Notes: generated from the letters alone by a model not told the origin. A stretch of DNA of 64,000 nt from a virus (IMGVR_UViG_3300025727_000782:13467-77466), one strand, 5' to 3'. Counted from the first letter of the stretch, positions 1 to 11,295 are shown. Translations and numbers: made by a program.

Positions 1-33
1 TAAAGTACCATCAGGTGCGTAAAGGAGTTAAAC

Positions 34-492
34 ATGACTAAAAAAGACCTTGTAAAAATAATACAAGAAGTAGTACGAATTGAAGTTAAAAAACAGGTTA
101 AACATATATTTATAACCGAGAAGAAATCTACTTCTCTCAAATCACTTACACAGCCAGTTCGAAAGAAAAAAGTAGTAAAGAAAAGAGAACCAGTACAATA
201 TACTGAGAACCAAACTCTGAACGATATACTAAATGAAACGGTTGGTTTAAATGAAAAATCACAAGAAATGGATGAGTATCCAACAATGGGTGGTGGTGCA
301 TTTGATTCAACAAGAGCATCAGAATTATTAGGTTATGGTGGAGATAAACAAACACAACGAGAAGTTGGAGCAGTACAAACTATGAAAGAAGCTGGAGTTT
401 CAGCTAATCAAGTTCCAGACCATGTACAAGATGCTTTAACAAAGGATTATAGTAAGTTAATGAAACACAATAAGATGAAAAGTAATAGATAA
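34..492 (+). CDS. Hypothetical phage protein
   Basis: 152-aa ORF with AGGAG RBS; stop overlaps next start; no recognisable domain. Confidence 0.7.
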   Translation: MTKKDLVKIIQEVVRIEVKKQVKHIFITEKKSTSLKSLTQPVRKKKVVKKREPVQYTENQTLNDILNETVGLNEKSQEMDEYPTMGGGAFDSTRASELLGYGGDKQTQREVGAVQTMKEAGVSANQVPDHVQDALTKDYSKLMKHNKMKSNR

Positions 493-938
493 TGAACACA
501 AGAGATATAAACAATCCATCAGTAGCAGCATTAAATGAGGACGAAGATAGTTTTTTCGGATGTACCTTTCCATTAACATATGGAGTAGGTGGTGAGGGAT
601 TTTTTCCCCGCTCAACAACATTAAAAGAACAAGCATCATCTAATATAAAAAATTTATTATTAACACAAAAAGGTGAAAGACTTGGACAACCAGCGTTTGG
701 TAGTGATTTACCTGCAATTTTATTTGAACCAGTAACTGGTACTATTGGAGATAAAATTGATAGTGCAATTAGAGAAGCTTTAGCAATATGGTTACCTTAT
801 ATTACAGCTGAAAATATTTTTACTATACAGGATGAATCTAATCCTAATCAGGTAACGGTTTCACTTGAGTTTAGAGTAGATACAGATGACCCTGATTCAA
901 TTGAGACAATGACATTTAATTTTAATACAGGAGGATAG
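492..938 (+). CDS. Baseplate wedge subunit, gp25/GPW-like
   Basis: NIKNLLLTQKGERLGQPAFGSDL..LFEP and ALAIWLPYI match the gp25 family pattern. Confidence 0.9.
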   Translation: MNTRDINNPSVAALNEDEDSFFGCTFPLTYGVGGEGFFPRSTTLKEQASSNIKNLLLTQKGERLGQPAFGSDLPAILFEPVTGTIGDKIDSAIREALAIWLPYITAENIFTIQDESNPNQVTVSLEFRVDTDDPDSIETMTFNFNTGG

Positions 939-939
939 A

Positions 940-2904
940 ATGGCCGTCGATTATAATACAAATCAAAAAGTAGAGAAAAAGGAAGTCCAATATCTTGGTA
1001 GAGAATTTTCTGATATAAGAAACAATTTAATGGAATTTGCAAAGACATACTTTCCAAATACATATAATGATTTTAATGAATCAAGTCCTGGAATGATGTT
1101 TATAGAGATGGCAGCATATGTAGGAGATGTATTAGGATTTTATATTGATAATCAATATCGTGAATCATTATTACATGCAGCAGAAGAAAAGAAAAATATT
1201 TATAAAATTGCCCAATCATTTGGATATGAACCGAAACTATCAAGTCCAGCTACAGCAATATGTGATTTTAGTGTAGAAGTTCCATCATTACAAGTTGGAG
1301 AAACTTACCAACCAGATTTAGATTATGCACCAATATTAGCAGGTGATAGTACATTCTCATCTACTAATGGAACAACATTTAGATTGGCGGATGATATTAA
1401 TTTTAAAGTATCGAGTTCTTTAGATAATATGGATATAAGAGTTTCAAAGTTTGATGAAACCACACCAACACATTTTACATTGACGAAAAAAGGAATTTGT
1501 AAATCAGGTACTAAAACATCACAAACATTTACTTTTGGTAATGCTACTAAATTCGATAAAATAATTTTAAGTAATAATAAAGTAATTGATATTATGTCAA
1601 TAACAGATAGTAAAGAAGAAAAATGGTATGAAGTTCCATTCTTGGCTCAAGATACTGTTTTTGCTTCAATGGAAAATTCTGATAATAATAGTCCTGATTT
1701 AACATCATATAAAAAGGAATCCCCTTTCTTATTAAAGTTAATTAAAACTGCTAAAAGATTTACAAAGTATGTCCGTAGTGATGGTAAAACAGAAATAAGA
1801 TTTGGTTCAGGTATTAGTTCAAATGCGGATGAAGAAATAATTCCAAATCCAGATAATGTTGGTTCATCGTTATCATTGGGTGTTAATAAATTGGATGAAT
1901 CTTTTGATCCAAGTAATTTTTTGAAAACCAAAACTTTTGGATTGGCTCCAAGTAATACTACATTAACCGTAACTTATACTTATGGTGGTTCAGTTAAAGA
2001 TAATGCACTTTCAGGTACAATTACAAATCTCGATAATGTTAGTTGGACATTTGATGATACAGGATTAAATGGTACAAAAGTAAGTGATATGAAAACAAGT
2101 TTAGTTATTACTAATGAAGAATCTGCAACTGGTGGTTCAAGTGGAGAGACAAATGAACAAGTTAGACAGAATGCATTAGCATATTTTAATTCACAAAATA
2201 GAGCAGTTACCAAAGAGGATTATATAATTAGAGTTTATTCATTACCACAAAAGTATGGTAATATTGCTAAATGTTTTATCGTTCAAGATGAACAGTTAGA
2301 AGAGAATACAAAATTGATTGTTAAGAATGGTAAAATTTCTAAAAACACATCTATAAGTACTTTACCTAATCCATTAGCATTAAATTTTTATACTTTAGGA
2401 TATGATGCAAATCAGAATTTAGTAACATTAAACCACGCTGTAAAAAATAATTTAAAAACATATCTATCACAATATAGAATTTTAACAGATGCAATTAATA
2501 TTAAAGATGCATATATTGTAAATATTAGTTGTAGATTTTCAATTATTACTCAAAGAGGATTTAATAAAAATGAAGTATTGTTAAGGGCAATAGAATCAGT
2601 TAAGAAATATTTTGATATTAAGAAATGGCAAATTGGACAACCAATAATTTTAAGTGATATTGCTTATGCAATTTCATTAGTGGATGGTGTGGCAAGTATT
2701 GTTCCACCAGAAGATGATAATCCACAAAAACAAATGGTAGTTATTGATAATGAATGGCAAACAGAAAGTGGATATACTGGCCATGTATATGATTTACAAT
2801 CAGCAACCAAAGATGGAGTTATTTATCCATCATTAGACCCTTGTATTTTCGAATTAAAATTCCCAAATACTGATATTTCGGGTAGAGTAGTAGGAGATGT
2901 ATAA
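940..2904 (+). CDS. Baseplate wedge subunit, T4 gp6 / baseplate J-like
   Basis: YNDFNESSPGMMFIEMAAYVGDVLGFYID, IRFGSG, SQNRAVTKEDY motifs; follows gp25. Confidence 0.9.
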   Translation: MAVDYNTNQKVEKKEVQYLGREFSDIRNNLMEFAKTYFPNTYNDFNESSPGMMFIEMAAYVGDVLGFYIDNQYRESLLHAAEEKKNIYKIAQSFGYEPKLSSPATAICDFSVEVPSLQVGETYQPDLDYAPILAGDSTFSSTNGTTFRLADDINFKVSSSLDNMDIRVSKFDETTPTHFTLTKKGICKSGTKTSQTFTFGNATKFDKIILSNNKVIDIMSITDSKEEKWYEVPFLAQDTVFASMENSDNNSPDLTSYKKESPFLLKLIKTAKRFTKYVRSDGKTEIRFGSGISSNADEEIIPNPDNVGSSLSLGVNKLDESFDPSNFLKTKTFGLAPSNTTLTVTYTYGGSVKDNALSGTITNLDNVSWTFDDTGLNGTKVSDMKTSLVITNEESATGGSSGETNEQVRQNALAYFNSQNRAVTKEDYIIRVYSLPQKYGNIAKCFIVQDEQLEENTKLIVKNGKISKNTSISTLPNPLALNFYTLGYDANQNLVTLNHAVKNNLKTYLSQYRILTDAINIKDAYIVNISCRFSIITQRGFNKNEVLLRAIESVKKYFDIKKWQIGQPIILSDIAYAISLVDGVASIVPPEDDNPQKQMVVIDNEWQTESGYTGHVYDLQSATKDGVIYPSLDPCIFELKFPNTDISGRVVGDV

Positions 2905-4082
2905 TGTATTATTTTGAATATCCAGTAGTAGACACAACAATTTATGAGGGAAATGTAAGTTCTTCTATCAATACAGGAATTGATCAAATATTAGAAGTTA
3001 GAAAAGAAGTTAATTCAGCGGGAACATCTGTTGGAGTATCTCGAATACTTATTAAATTTGATTATAGTTATATTACTAATCAAGTAAATACCGGAGTTAT
3101 TCCAAGCGATGCAAAATATTATTTAAATTTATATGATGCAAGTTCAGAAGAATTAGCAGTAGAACAAACTCTATACACTTATATGGTAAGTGGAAGTTGG
3201 TCAGGTGGAACAGGATTTTATAGTAGAGACCCAGTATTAAGTGATGGGGCAAGTTGGAAATATCGAGATAACGATACAACAAAAACTGAATGGGTGAGTG
3301 GTAGTACAACACAAGGTGGTACTTGGTTTACTTCAAGTATTAGTAGTCAATATGAAGTTAGCTCTTCAGAAAATTTAGTTTATGAAACTAAAGATATTAG
3401 AATGGATGTAAGTGATTTAGTTAAAAATCATATTTATTCAAGTTCTATATTTCCAAATAATGGGCTTATTGTAAAGAGACAAAATGTAGCAACATCACAA
3501 AGTATGTATTCAATATTCGATCCAACAACCGCAACAGGTTCAGCTGAAGGGGATACTAATCATATTGGACATTTAAAATTTTTCTCACGAGAGACAAATA
3601 CAATTTTTCCACCAAAGTTAGAAGTAGAGTGGGATGATAGTGTATGGAGTACTGGAAGTTTAAGTGCTTTAGCTTCATCCGATTTAGATAACCTAACTGT
3701 TTATTTTAAAAATATTAAATCTGAATATAAAGAAAAATCAAAAGTAAAATTCAGATTAGTAGGTAGAGAACTATATCCAACAAGAGGATTTTCTACTACA
3801 CCCGCAGCGTTAACTGTAAAATCTTTACCAAGTGGAAGTCAGGCTCTCGGCCAAGGAACTTACTATTCAGTAAAAGATTCATTAACTGATGATGTAATAA
3901 TACCATTTAGTACAGGTTCAATAGTTAGTTGTGATTCAACAGGTAATTATTTTAATTTGTGGATGGATGGGTTACAACCAGAAAGACATTATAAGTTTGA
4001 AATTAAAGTAGTAAGTGGAAGCGGAGCAGATGAATCATCTTTAGTATATGATGACGGATATGAATTTAAAGTGGTGAGATAA
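2904..4082 (+). CDS. Putative virion structural protein
   Basis: Ser/Thr-rich beta protein in baseplate operon; DTTIYE, SRILIKFD, FFSRETNTIFPPKLEVEWDD motifs. Confidence 0.6.
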   Translation: MYYFEYPVVDTTIYEGNVSSSINTGIDQILEVRKEVNSAGTSVGVSRILIKFDYSYITNQVNTGVIPSDAKYYLNLYDASSEELAVEQTLYTYMVSGSWSGGTGFYSRDPVLSDGASWKYRDNDTTKTEWVSGSTTQGGTWFTSSISSQYEVSSSENLVYETKDIRMDVSDLVKNHIYSSSIFPNNGLIVKRQNVATSQSMYSIFDPTTATGSAEGDTNHIGHLKFFSRETNTIFPPKLEVEWDDSVWSTGSLSALASSDLDNLTVYFKNIKSEYKEKSKVKFRLVGRELYPTRGFSTTPAALTVKSLPSGSQALGQGTYYSVKDSLTDDVIIPFSTGSIVSCDSTGNYFNLWMDGLQPERHYKFEIKVVSGSGADESSLVYDDGYEFKVVR

Positions 4083-4083
4083 A

Positions 4084-4581
4084 ATGCCCTATACAATAAA
4101 ACAAGCTAGAAATACAGATTATTATAAAAATGTACAAGATGCAGACGAACATAAACTTTTAAAACATTTAGAAGAAGAAAAGAAAAGAGCTGCAATGTCT
4201 GGTTCTGCACTTGATGCAACAGACCCATTGAGAGATGATAGAGGATTTTTATTATCATACGAAGACCCTAAAAATCCAGGTGCTTCAATGGAAAAGGAAC
4301 ACCAATATGTTAGACTTCCTGTAGTACAAAAATCTTCAAATAAAGACTTGTGGTTAAAGTTTTTTGGTCCTGAAGAATTAGGCGGGAATGGAAAATCAGT
4401 ATTTAATGAATTACTTACTGAAGTACCACCTGAAGAACCAGAAGTAACACCTCCTGAACTTGAGGGAATGAGAATAGAATTACAATCTAAGATAGATGCT
4501 CAAGATGAATTGAATATAACATTAGATGAAACTATAACAGAATTACAAGAAGAACTTGCAAAAGTAGCAGAGGGTGATTAA
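4084..4581 (+). CDS. Hypothetical protein with C-terminal coiled coil
   Basis: 165-aa ORF coupled to neighbours; heptad-like acidic C-terminus. Confidence 0.65.
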   Translation: MPYTIKQARNTDYYKNVQDADEHKLLKHLEEEKKRAAMSGSALDATDPLRDDRGFLLSYEDPKNPGASMEKEHQYVRLPVVQKSSNKDLWLKFFGPEELGGNGKSVFNELLTEVPPEEPEVTPPELEGMRIELQSKIDAQDELNITLDETITELQEELAKVAEGD

Positions 4582-7500
4582 TGTTAGAATACGGATTAAA
4601 TCAAAAAGATAAAGAACAATTAGAAATTCCTGGACTGTTACCTTCTGGATTTGGTAGAAGAAATGAAGATTATATTCATATCTATGTTTATCAATCAGAA
4701 GACTTAACTACTGATGAAGACGATGTATTAGTTGGAGATGAAATATTTCCAGCAGGAGATGTATTTCCTGATGATAGAAAACTTGATTTAGATATAGGTG
4801 GACATTTACGACAAATGGGTTTTACAGAAGGAACTTATAAAGTTAAGTATTTGTTTCTAAAGAGAATTGCTGGAAAAGAACAAACTGTATTTATAAATGA
4901 AGATGGTGAGGTTCATGTTGGTAAAGTTCAAACAAAAGTTATTAATGGAAAAACAAAATATTTCTCAACTAAAAAATTTGGTAAAAGACAATCAAGACAA
5001 GAACTAAAAGAAATATTTCCAAAAGAATTAAAATATGTTGTAAAGAAAATATCTGCTGATAAAACAGAAGTTGAAGTAGATACTCAAAATATTCAAAACG
5101 CACTTTATAAAAAGAGAATAAAAGAAATAAATTCGTGGATAACTTATACGCCACTTACAAATTCTACTTCAGGTAAAATAAGATTTGATTTAACCGACCC
5201 AAATATATTAGTATTAACACCACACGATAAAGAACCAGGATTTAGTGATGCAATGGTTGGTGGTAAAATAACAATTAAAGGTATGTATAGTATTACTGGA
5301 GCTCAGATTGCAGAAAATATTGAACCTGTAACTCTTCCACCAACAATTTTCACTCCAGAAGATTTTTCAAATATAGATATTTTTGCTGATGTAACTGCAG
5401 GAGTAGAACAACCAACTGTAGATGAGCAGATTAATGTAAGAGCAGTAGATGAAGAAATGGTTGGTGGGAACGACAAGTTTTCAGGTGTTTGTTTTACAGG
5501 GAATACTAAAGTAAAATTAAGTAATGGTAGACAAGTTCCAATAAAATATTTAAGACATGGAATGAAAGTCAAAACAGAAATTGGTTATGCAAAAATATTA
5601 AAAGTAATTAAAGATGAAAGACCTTATGGTGATACACTTTCTAAATTTAAAAATCTAATAACTACAGATAACCATCCAATGAAGTATCGTGGTAAATGGT
5701 ATAAGGCTCATGAGATTGGTAAGTTATTTCAATCTAAACCACTTAATGTTTATAATTTAATTCTTGATAAACACCACACAATAGTTGCAAACAATGTTGT
5801 TTGTGCAACTCTTGGTAAGTGGGAATCAATGAAGAAGTTTGAAATGTGGAGAGAAAGACAAATCACTATGTTGAGAGCTATGGATGAAGGTGATGATTGG
5901 AGTATGGGTGGAGATTCTTCTACTGACAATGAGGGAATGACTTATAGTACACCATATATTGCAAATAATGAAGTTGTAGTTAATGACCCACCACCAAGTG
6001 TAACTCCAGAAAATATTAGAGGGGCAATAGCTATAAGTAAGGGATCAGCTGATGTACCAACGGTTCCAGTACCAGCTCCAGAAATTGTAATACCAATTGA
6101 TTATGTTGGAACAATTGTTGAGGTGTTGGACAATAATAGAATAAGAGTTGATACATCATATGAACAAGGTGCAAATAAATTTGAACATAGTGGTGAAGAT
6201 AATTCAAGAGCAATATTTGATGAATGTTTTGTTAATTTCAAAAAAGGACAAGTTGAAAGATTAAATACTTATATGGTTTGTAATGGAAGTTATCACTTAG
6301 TACTTAATTATTTAAAAAATCCATTTGGAGCTGAAACTTCAAGATTAGTAAAGTTATACGATAAGGTAGAAGAAACAGAAGAAATGGATTTATGTTATTT
6401 CGTAGAAGAGAAAATGGAGCCATATGAAGATACGATTACTTTAGTTCCATTTGTAGAGGAAGATCCTGAAATATTATTTTTAAGATTACCAGATTTTAAC
6501 TCTACTAATAATCCAATAAATTTTCGTGGAACAAACTTTAATAACTATACTCAATTAATCGGAACAGATTCGGGAGTACAAGAAGATATTCAAAATAAAT
6601 TAGTTTCACAAAGTTTACTTGATACCCAAGTCAATGTTGATTATACAAGAAGAACAGATTATTTAGGAAGTGATATAACAGATTATGGATTTGCTAATCA
6701 CATTCACTTTAGTAGTGCAGAAAAAAGAATTGATAATTTTAAAACGAAATTAGAATTAATTGAATTATATGTTTCATCAAGTGATTCATTTCAAGATATA
6801 ACTGGTTCTGAAGAAACTATTGGTGAATGGAATGCTAAAAAACGAAGAGTAATTAATTCATTTGATCCATTAGAACATTATATGTATTTTGAATCATCTT
6901 CATACGCTTCGAGTTCAGTTGGAGAATACTACTCAGCTTCTTGGCCTAAGTCAAATTCATCTTCACCATATACATTAGTTCATACGAGTGGTTCTGCAGC
7001 AACAACTTGGTTTGATACTTGGAGAGGATATGCAGAAGATTTTGATAGAAACAATCGTGATAGATTAGCTAATAATATACCACTTCATGTAAATACTGAT
7101 ACTCAAAATAATACATTTATAGATTTTCTTGATATGACTGGACAACAATTCGATGAGATTTGGAGTTATCTAAAACACTTCACAGATATAAATGAAAGAA
7201 GTAATAAATTATCAGAGGGTATATCAAAGGATATTGTTAGAGAAGTTGCTAGGAGTATGGGATTTGAACTTACTAATGGTAATGATTTAATGATACTTCC
7301 AGAATATTTGTTGGGTAAAGAAGCAGATGGTACTACTAAATATGAATCACCACAAGACCAGGTAACAGAAGAAATATGGAAAAGAATTTTAGCAAATACA
7401 CCTTTCTTTCTGAAGACAAAAGGTACTATGAGGGCAATGAAAGGATTGTTAAATTGTTATGGTATACCAAGTTCAATATTACGAGTAAGAGAATATGGTG

Positions 7501-9368
7501 GTCCTGATAAAGGAACAAGAGTTTCTTATGAGATAAAAAGAAAGTTTACATATGCATTAGATTTTAAATCTTCAGAGTATGTTCAAGTGCCATGGAATGA
7601 TGATGGTACGAGTGGAATAAAACCTGAAACAGTAGAGTTTAGATTTAGAAGTCCAAAATCAAAAGACCAAGTTATATTGAATCAAGGAACTAATTGGGCA
7701 ATATCATTACAAGATAATGGAGCAACTGATGATTATGGATATTTAGAATTTGCTATTAGTGGTAGTTCTCTTGAATTTGTTACTTCATCTTTATTACCAG
7801 TTTATAATGATGAGATGTGGAGTGTTATGTTAACGAGGAAATCAGCAAGTGGAGCTGAGTTAACTGCAGATACAACTTCACAAAATATAACTTATGAGTT
7901 AACAACAAAACAATATGATTCAAGTAGAGAAGTTGTAAGGTTTGCAAGTAGTCAAAGTTTATCAACAAATACTGCAGCGACAAATGCTAAATTTGTTGCA
8001 GATGGTACTCTAAGTTTTGGTGGAAGTGGAACAGGGTTTTATACAACACAACTTAGTGGTTCATTAATGGAGCTTAGATTGTGGAGTGAACCATTATCAC
8101 AGGATTCATTTGATAACCATGTTAGAGCACCAAAATCTTATAATGGAAATACTACTGAATCTTTCTTTGATAATTTGATACATAGAACACAATTGAATGA
8201 TAATATAAGTTTAGTTTCAACTTCAAGTTTTACTGATAATAGTTTTTCACAAACATACAATGAAACTGGTAGTGCTAAAAGTTTTGTTGGGAATCAATTT
8301 AGAAGTATAGTAGATTTAGAACAATTAAGAGTTCCAAACATTGGTCCGAGTAGAAGAAATGCAACTAAAATACGATTAGAGGATAATACTTTAACTGGAC
8401 CATTATCATCTAATATTAGAAATGAAAAATCATCACAAGATTTTGCACCAATAGATAGTAATAAACTCGGAGTATTCTTTTCACCAACGGATGTAGTGAA
8501 TGAGGATATAATGTATTCTATAGCGGATTTTAATTTTGATAATTTGGTTGGAGATCCAAGAGATGTTTATGAAGATAGTTATCGTGGATTAGAATTACAA
8601 CAAAGAAAGTATTGGAAAAAATATTCACGAACAAATAACTTTTGGGATTATATGAGAATCATAGATTATTATGATAGTGGTATTTGGCAACAACTTAAAA
8701 GTTTATCACCTGCAAGAGCAAACACAACTCTTGGAGTTTTGATTGAACCAAACATATTAGAACGAAGTAAAGTGGTAATTGGAAAGTCACCATCATTTGA
8801 TAATCAATATTTTGAAAATGCTGGACATTTTGATGTTGGAATAGATATGACTAATTTCATAAGTGGTTCTGATGATAGGATGATGGTTCTAACTGGAGAG
8901 TTTCCAAACTATGATGGAGTTTTAAATGTACATAATAATGAATCAGGTTCACTTGGTACTACAGCAATGCCATCATTGGTGAGATTGGGAGAAATTGACC
9001 CGAGAACAGAATTTGGTAATACATATGCTACAGCAAGTACTACACAGGGTGCTGTATCAAGAGTATTTACAGAAACATTACAACCTTATATTAGTTCTTC
9101 AAGACTTGCAGAACACAATGAAATAAAATATAAGAATTATGCGAGTTCACAAGATGCTTATACTGATACACCACTTAGTTCATCATTTGAACCAGCGGAA
9201 TATCAGAGTATGGCATATGACTCAAAACTTTTTAGACTTTTTTATAAAGGTCAATTATTAACAAAGAAAAATACAATAGATGGAAACGACCCCGTTGAGA
9301 TAACTATAACATCACCAACAAAACTTGTAACACAAGAACCAGGTGATTCTAAACTAAAAGTTGAATAA
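4581..9368 (+). CDS. Large baseplate/tail protein with inserted Hint (Vint-like) domain, P2 gpI/gp7-like segment and LamG-like domain
   Basis: CFTGNTKV...TTDNHP...VYNLILD...VCATLG (Hint, aa 304-412); EIWKRILANTPFFLKTKGT...LLNCYGIP; TVEFRF...LSGSLMELRLWSEPLS (LamG-like). Confidence 0.75.
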   Translation: MLEYGLNQKDKEQLEIPGLLPSGFGRRNEDYIHIYVYQSEDLTTDEDDVLVGDEIFPAGDVFPDDRKLDLDIGGHLRQMGFTEGTYKVKYLFLKRIAGKEQTVFINEDGEVHVGKVQTKVINGKTKYFSTKKFGKRQSRQELKEIFPKELKYVVKKISADKTEVEVDTQNIQNALYKKRIKEINSWITYTPLTNSTSGKIRFDLTDPNILVLTPHDKEPGFSDAMVGGKITIKGMYSITGAQIAENIEPVTLPPTIFTPEDFSNIDIFADVTAGVEQPTVDEQINVRAVDEEMVGGNDKFSGVCFTGNTKVKLSNGRQVPIKYLRHGMKVKTEIGYAKILKVIKDERPYGDTLSKFKNLITTDNHPMKYRGKWYKAHEIGKLFQSKPLNVYNLILDKHHTIVANNVVCATLGKWESMKKFEMWRERQITMLRAMDEGDDWSMGGDSSTDNEGMTYSTPYIANNEVVVNDPPPSVTPENIRGAIAISKGSADVPTVPVPAPEIVIPIDYVGTIVEVLDNNRIRVDTSYEQGANKFEHSGEDNSRAIFDECFVNFKKGQVERLNTYMVCNGSYHLVLNYLKNPFGAETSRLVKLYDKVEETEEMDLCYFVEEKMEPYEDTITLVPFVEEDPEILFLRLPDFNSTNNPINFRGTNFNNYTQLIGTDSGVQEDIQNKLVSQSLLDTQVNVDYTRRTDYLGSDITDYGFANHIHFSSAEKRIDNFKTKLELIELYVSSSDSFQDITGSEETIGEWNAKKRRVINSFDPLEHYMYFESSSYASSSVGEYYSASWPKSNSSSPYTLVHTSGSAATTWFDTWRGYAEDFDRNNRDRLANNIPLHVNTDTQNNTFIDFLDMTGQQFDEIWSYLKHFTDINERSNKLSEGISKDIVREVARSMGFELTNGNDLMILPEYLLGKEADGTTKYESPQDQVTEEIWKRILANTPFFLKTKGTMRAMKGLLNCYGIPSSILRVREYGGPDKGTRVSYEIKRKFTYALDFKSSEYVQVPWNDDGTSGIKPETVEFRFRSPKSKDQVILNQGTNWAISLQDNGATDDYGYLEFAISGSSLEFVTSSLLPVYNDEMWSVMLTRKSASGAELTADTTSQNITYELTTKQYDSSREVVRFASSQSLSTNTAATNAKFVADGTLSFGGSGTGFYTTQLSGSLMELRLWSEPLSQDSFDNHVRAPKSYNGNTTESFFDNLIHRTQLNDNISLVSTSSFTDNSFSQTYNETGSAKSFVGNQFRSIVDLEQLRVPNIGPSRRNATKIRLEDNTLTGPLSSNIRNEKSSQDFAPIDSNKLGVFFSPTDVVNEDIMYSIADFNFDNLVGDPRDVYEDSYRGLELQQRKYWKKYSRTNNFWDYMRIIDYYDSGIWQQLKSLSPARANTTLGVLIEPNILERSKVVIGKSPSFDNQYFENAGHFDVGIDMTNFISGSDDRMMVLTGEFPNYDGVLNVHNNESGSLGTTAMPSLVRLGEIDPRTEFGNTYATASTTQGAVSRVFTETLQPYISSSRLAEHNEIKYKNYASSQDAYTDTPLSSSFEPAEYQSMAYDSKLFRLFYKGQLLTKKNTIDGNDPVEITITSPTKLVTQEPGDSKLKVE

Positions 9369-9383
9369 AAGATGAGTAAGTAT

Positions 9384-9391
9384 ATATTTAT
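9384..9391 (+). promoter_or_regulatory. Putative phage late-promoter motif ATATTTAT
   Basis: Same motif recurs in 8 intergenic gaps upstream of operon starts. Confidence 0.55.
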
Positions 9392-9437
9392 CTATGAGGT
9401 TTTCCATCTCAAATATAATACAATTAGGAGTATTTAA

Positions 9438-10274
9438 ATGAATAAAAAATCAGTCGTTTGGACATCCCCAAGACGCGTGAAAATGGGATTTCTAAACAAT
9501 ACAAGCGTAACCGTTGATGCTATTCTTACCAAAAAAGGTCGAGAACTATTGGCAAGAGGGCAAGACGAGTTCAGAATAACAAAGTTTGCATTATCGGATG
9601 ACGAAATAGATTACAGTCTATGGGATACAGCACATCCGAATGGTTCAAATTATTACGGAGCAGTAATTGAGAATATGCCGTTATTGGAAGCCTTTGTAGA
9701 TGAAAATCAAGTTATGAGATATAAGTTAGTATCCTTACCGAAGAATACTGCTAAATTACCAATACTTGAAATTCCATCACCATCATTAGTTTTCAATGGT
9801 CCTGGTATTACTCAAACTATTACACCAAACACGCGAAATGGTAGTGATAACGAAAGTGGATATAACTTCATCTTACATGATGGTATTATAGCTAACTTGA
9901 CTCCAGTAATCGTTTCTTCTAATACGAAGAAAAGTAGAGTACCACCAAAACAAAGGTTTGCAAGAAGAGTAGCTGGATCCAGTCGGGGAAGATTTTCCGC
10001 AGGAGCAGCTGGTAAATTGGGTGCAACCGCATTTTTAGATGAACTGGAAGATATGAATATTGCAGATTTACAATTTAATGCAGGGGCAACTACTCCAGTA
10101 TTCTTAAACGAGGAAGAGAGAAAGAGTTCAATAACAATTACAGGAAAATCTGTAAATGTCGTTTCTCGTTCTGTAACTTCAGACACTTCAACAAATGTAA
10201 CCGTAATTGGGTTGGACACAGGGGCGACATATAATGTTGCAGTTACTGTTAAAGCAGACCCAAGTAAATTATAA
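9438..10274 (+). CDS. Putative virion structural protein (baseplate/tail-collar related)
   Basis: DAILTKKGRELLARG..FRITKFALSDDEIDY motif; AGGAG RBS; alternative start at 9483 (MGFLNN). Confidence 0.65.
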   Translation: MNKKSVVWTSPRRVKMGFLNNTSVTVDAILTKKGRELLARGQDEFRITKFALSDDEIDYSLWDTAHPNGSNYYGAVIENMPLLEAFVDENQVMRYKLVSLPKNTAKLPILEIPSPSLVFNGPGITQTITPNTRNGSDNESGYNFILHDGIIANLTPVIVSSNTKKSRVPPKQRFARRVAGSSRGRFSAGAAGKLGATAFLDELEDMNIADLQFNAGATTPVFLNEEERKSSITITGKSVNVVSRSVTSDTSTNVTVIGLDTGATYNVAVTVKADPSKL

Positions 10275-10281
10275 GGAGTAG

Positions 10282-11295
10282 ATGATGTCAGTATTTACAA
10301 GATTCGATTTTGAAAACGATGTAGTTGAAAATCAACGAACTAAAGTATCAAGTGGTATTTTTAGTGGTGGAAGTGGAACATTAACCACTTTCTTTACAGC
10401 ATCAGCATTAGGTGATGTTAGTGGTTCGTATCGTGCAATATATCATAAAGTACCAAGCGATTCAACATCAGAAATACAATTTGATATAGGATATGCTAAT
10501 TTTAATGGGAGTGGTTCAGCAGGAAATACTACCAAATTAACAAGTGGTGGAAGACAAACTGCTGGGATGTATCGACAATTCAGAAATGTTTTGTTATCAC
10601 CCAATACCGAGAAATTTACATTCACAAGTGCAGCTTCTACTGCAGATGATTTTTACTTCATCTCGTTCAATAGAGCTCGTATGAGAGAAAAGATTGATCC
10701 AGGTAATTGGGAACTACATCTTGGGAGTACACCATTAAAATTAATTGATGATAGTGGAGCAACTAATAACCCAACTGTTAATGAGGGTGGGAGAGTATAT
10801 AATATTGTTTCAGGTTCATTGGAGACAGGAACAGGTGTTATTAAAACTGCAGCAGTTTCTCAACCAGGTGGAGCAATTGGTACATTCTATCCAGATTTAG
10901 GAATTATTTTATTAAGTGCATCCCAACTTGATGCAAGTGCCTCAATGGCAAGTGCCAGAAGTGCAGATGCATTCGATGACAATGGAATGAAATTTTATAA
11001 TTCAATGGTAACAGGTAATAAAGTTCAAGCTCGTAGAGAAGAAGAAATAACTTCAACAAACTTTTTCTGTAGAGTGAATAACAAACGATACAACTTTAGT
11101 TCCAATCCAACTTTCTTTACAGGTTCAGATGGAGCATTAACACAACAAACTTTCTTCAAAGACCCTAAAGTTTATATTACTTCTGTAGGTATGTACAATG
11201 ATGAAAATGAGTTGTTGGCTATTGCTAAACTAAGTAAACCTATTTTGAAATCATACTCAAGGGAAGCTATTATAAAAGTAAAACTTGACTTCTAA
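10282..11295 (+). CDS. Putative virion structural protein (tail-collar-like C-terminus)
   Basis: C-terminal YITSVGMYNDENELLAIAKLSKPILK...VKLDF; paralogous to next gene. Confidence 0.7.
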   Translation: MMSVFTRFDFENDVVENQRTKVSSGIFSGGSGTLTTFFTASALGDVSGSYRAIYHKVPSDSTSEIQFDIGYANFNGSGSAGNTTKLTSGGRQTAGMYRQFRNVLLSPNTEKFTFTSAASTADDFYFISFNRARMREKIDPGNWELHLGSTPLKLIDDSGATNNPTVNEGGRVYNIVSGSLETGTGVIKTAAVSQPGGAIGTFYPDLGIILLSASQLDASASMASARSADAFDDNGMKFYNSMVTGNKVQARREEEITSTNFFCRVNNKRYNFSSNPTFFTGSDGALTQQTFFKDPKVYITSVGMYNDENELLAIAKLSKPILKSYSREAIIKVKLDF

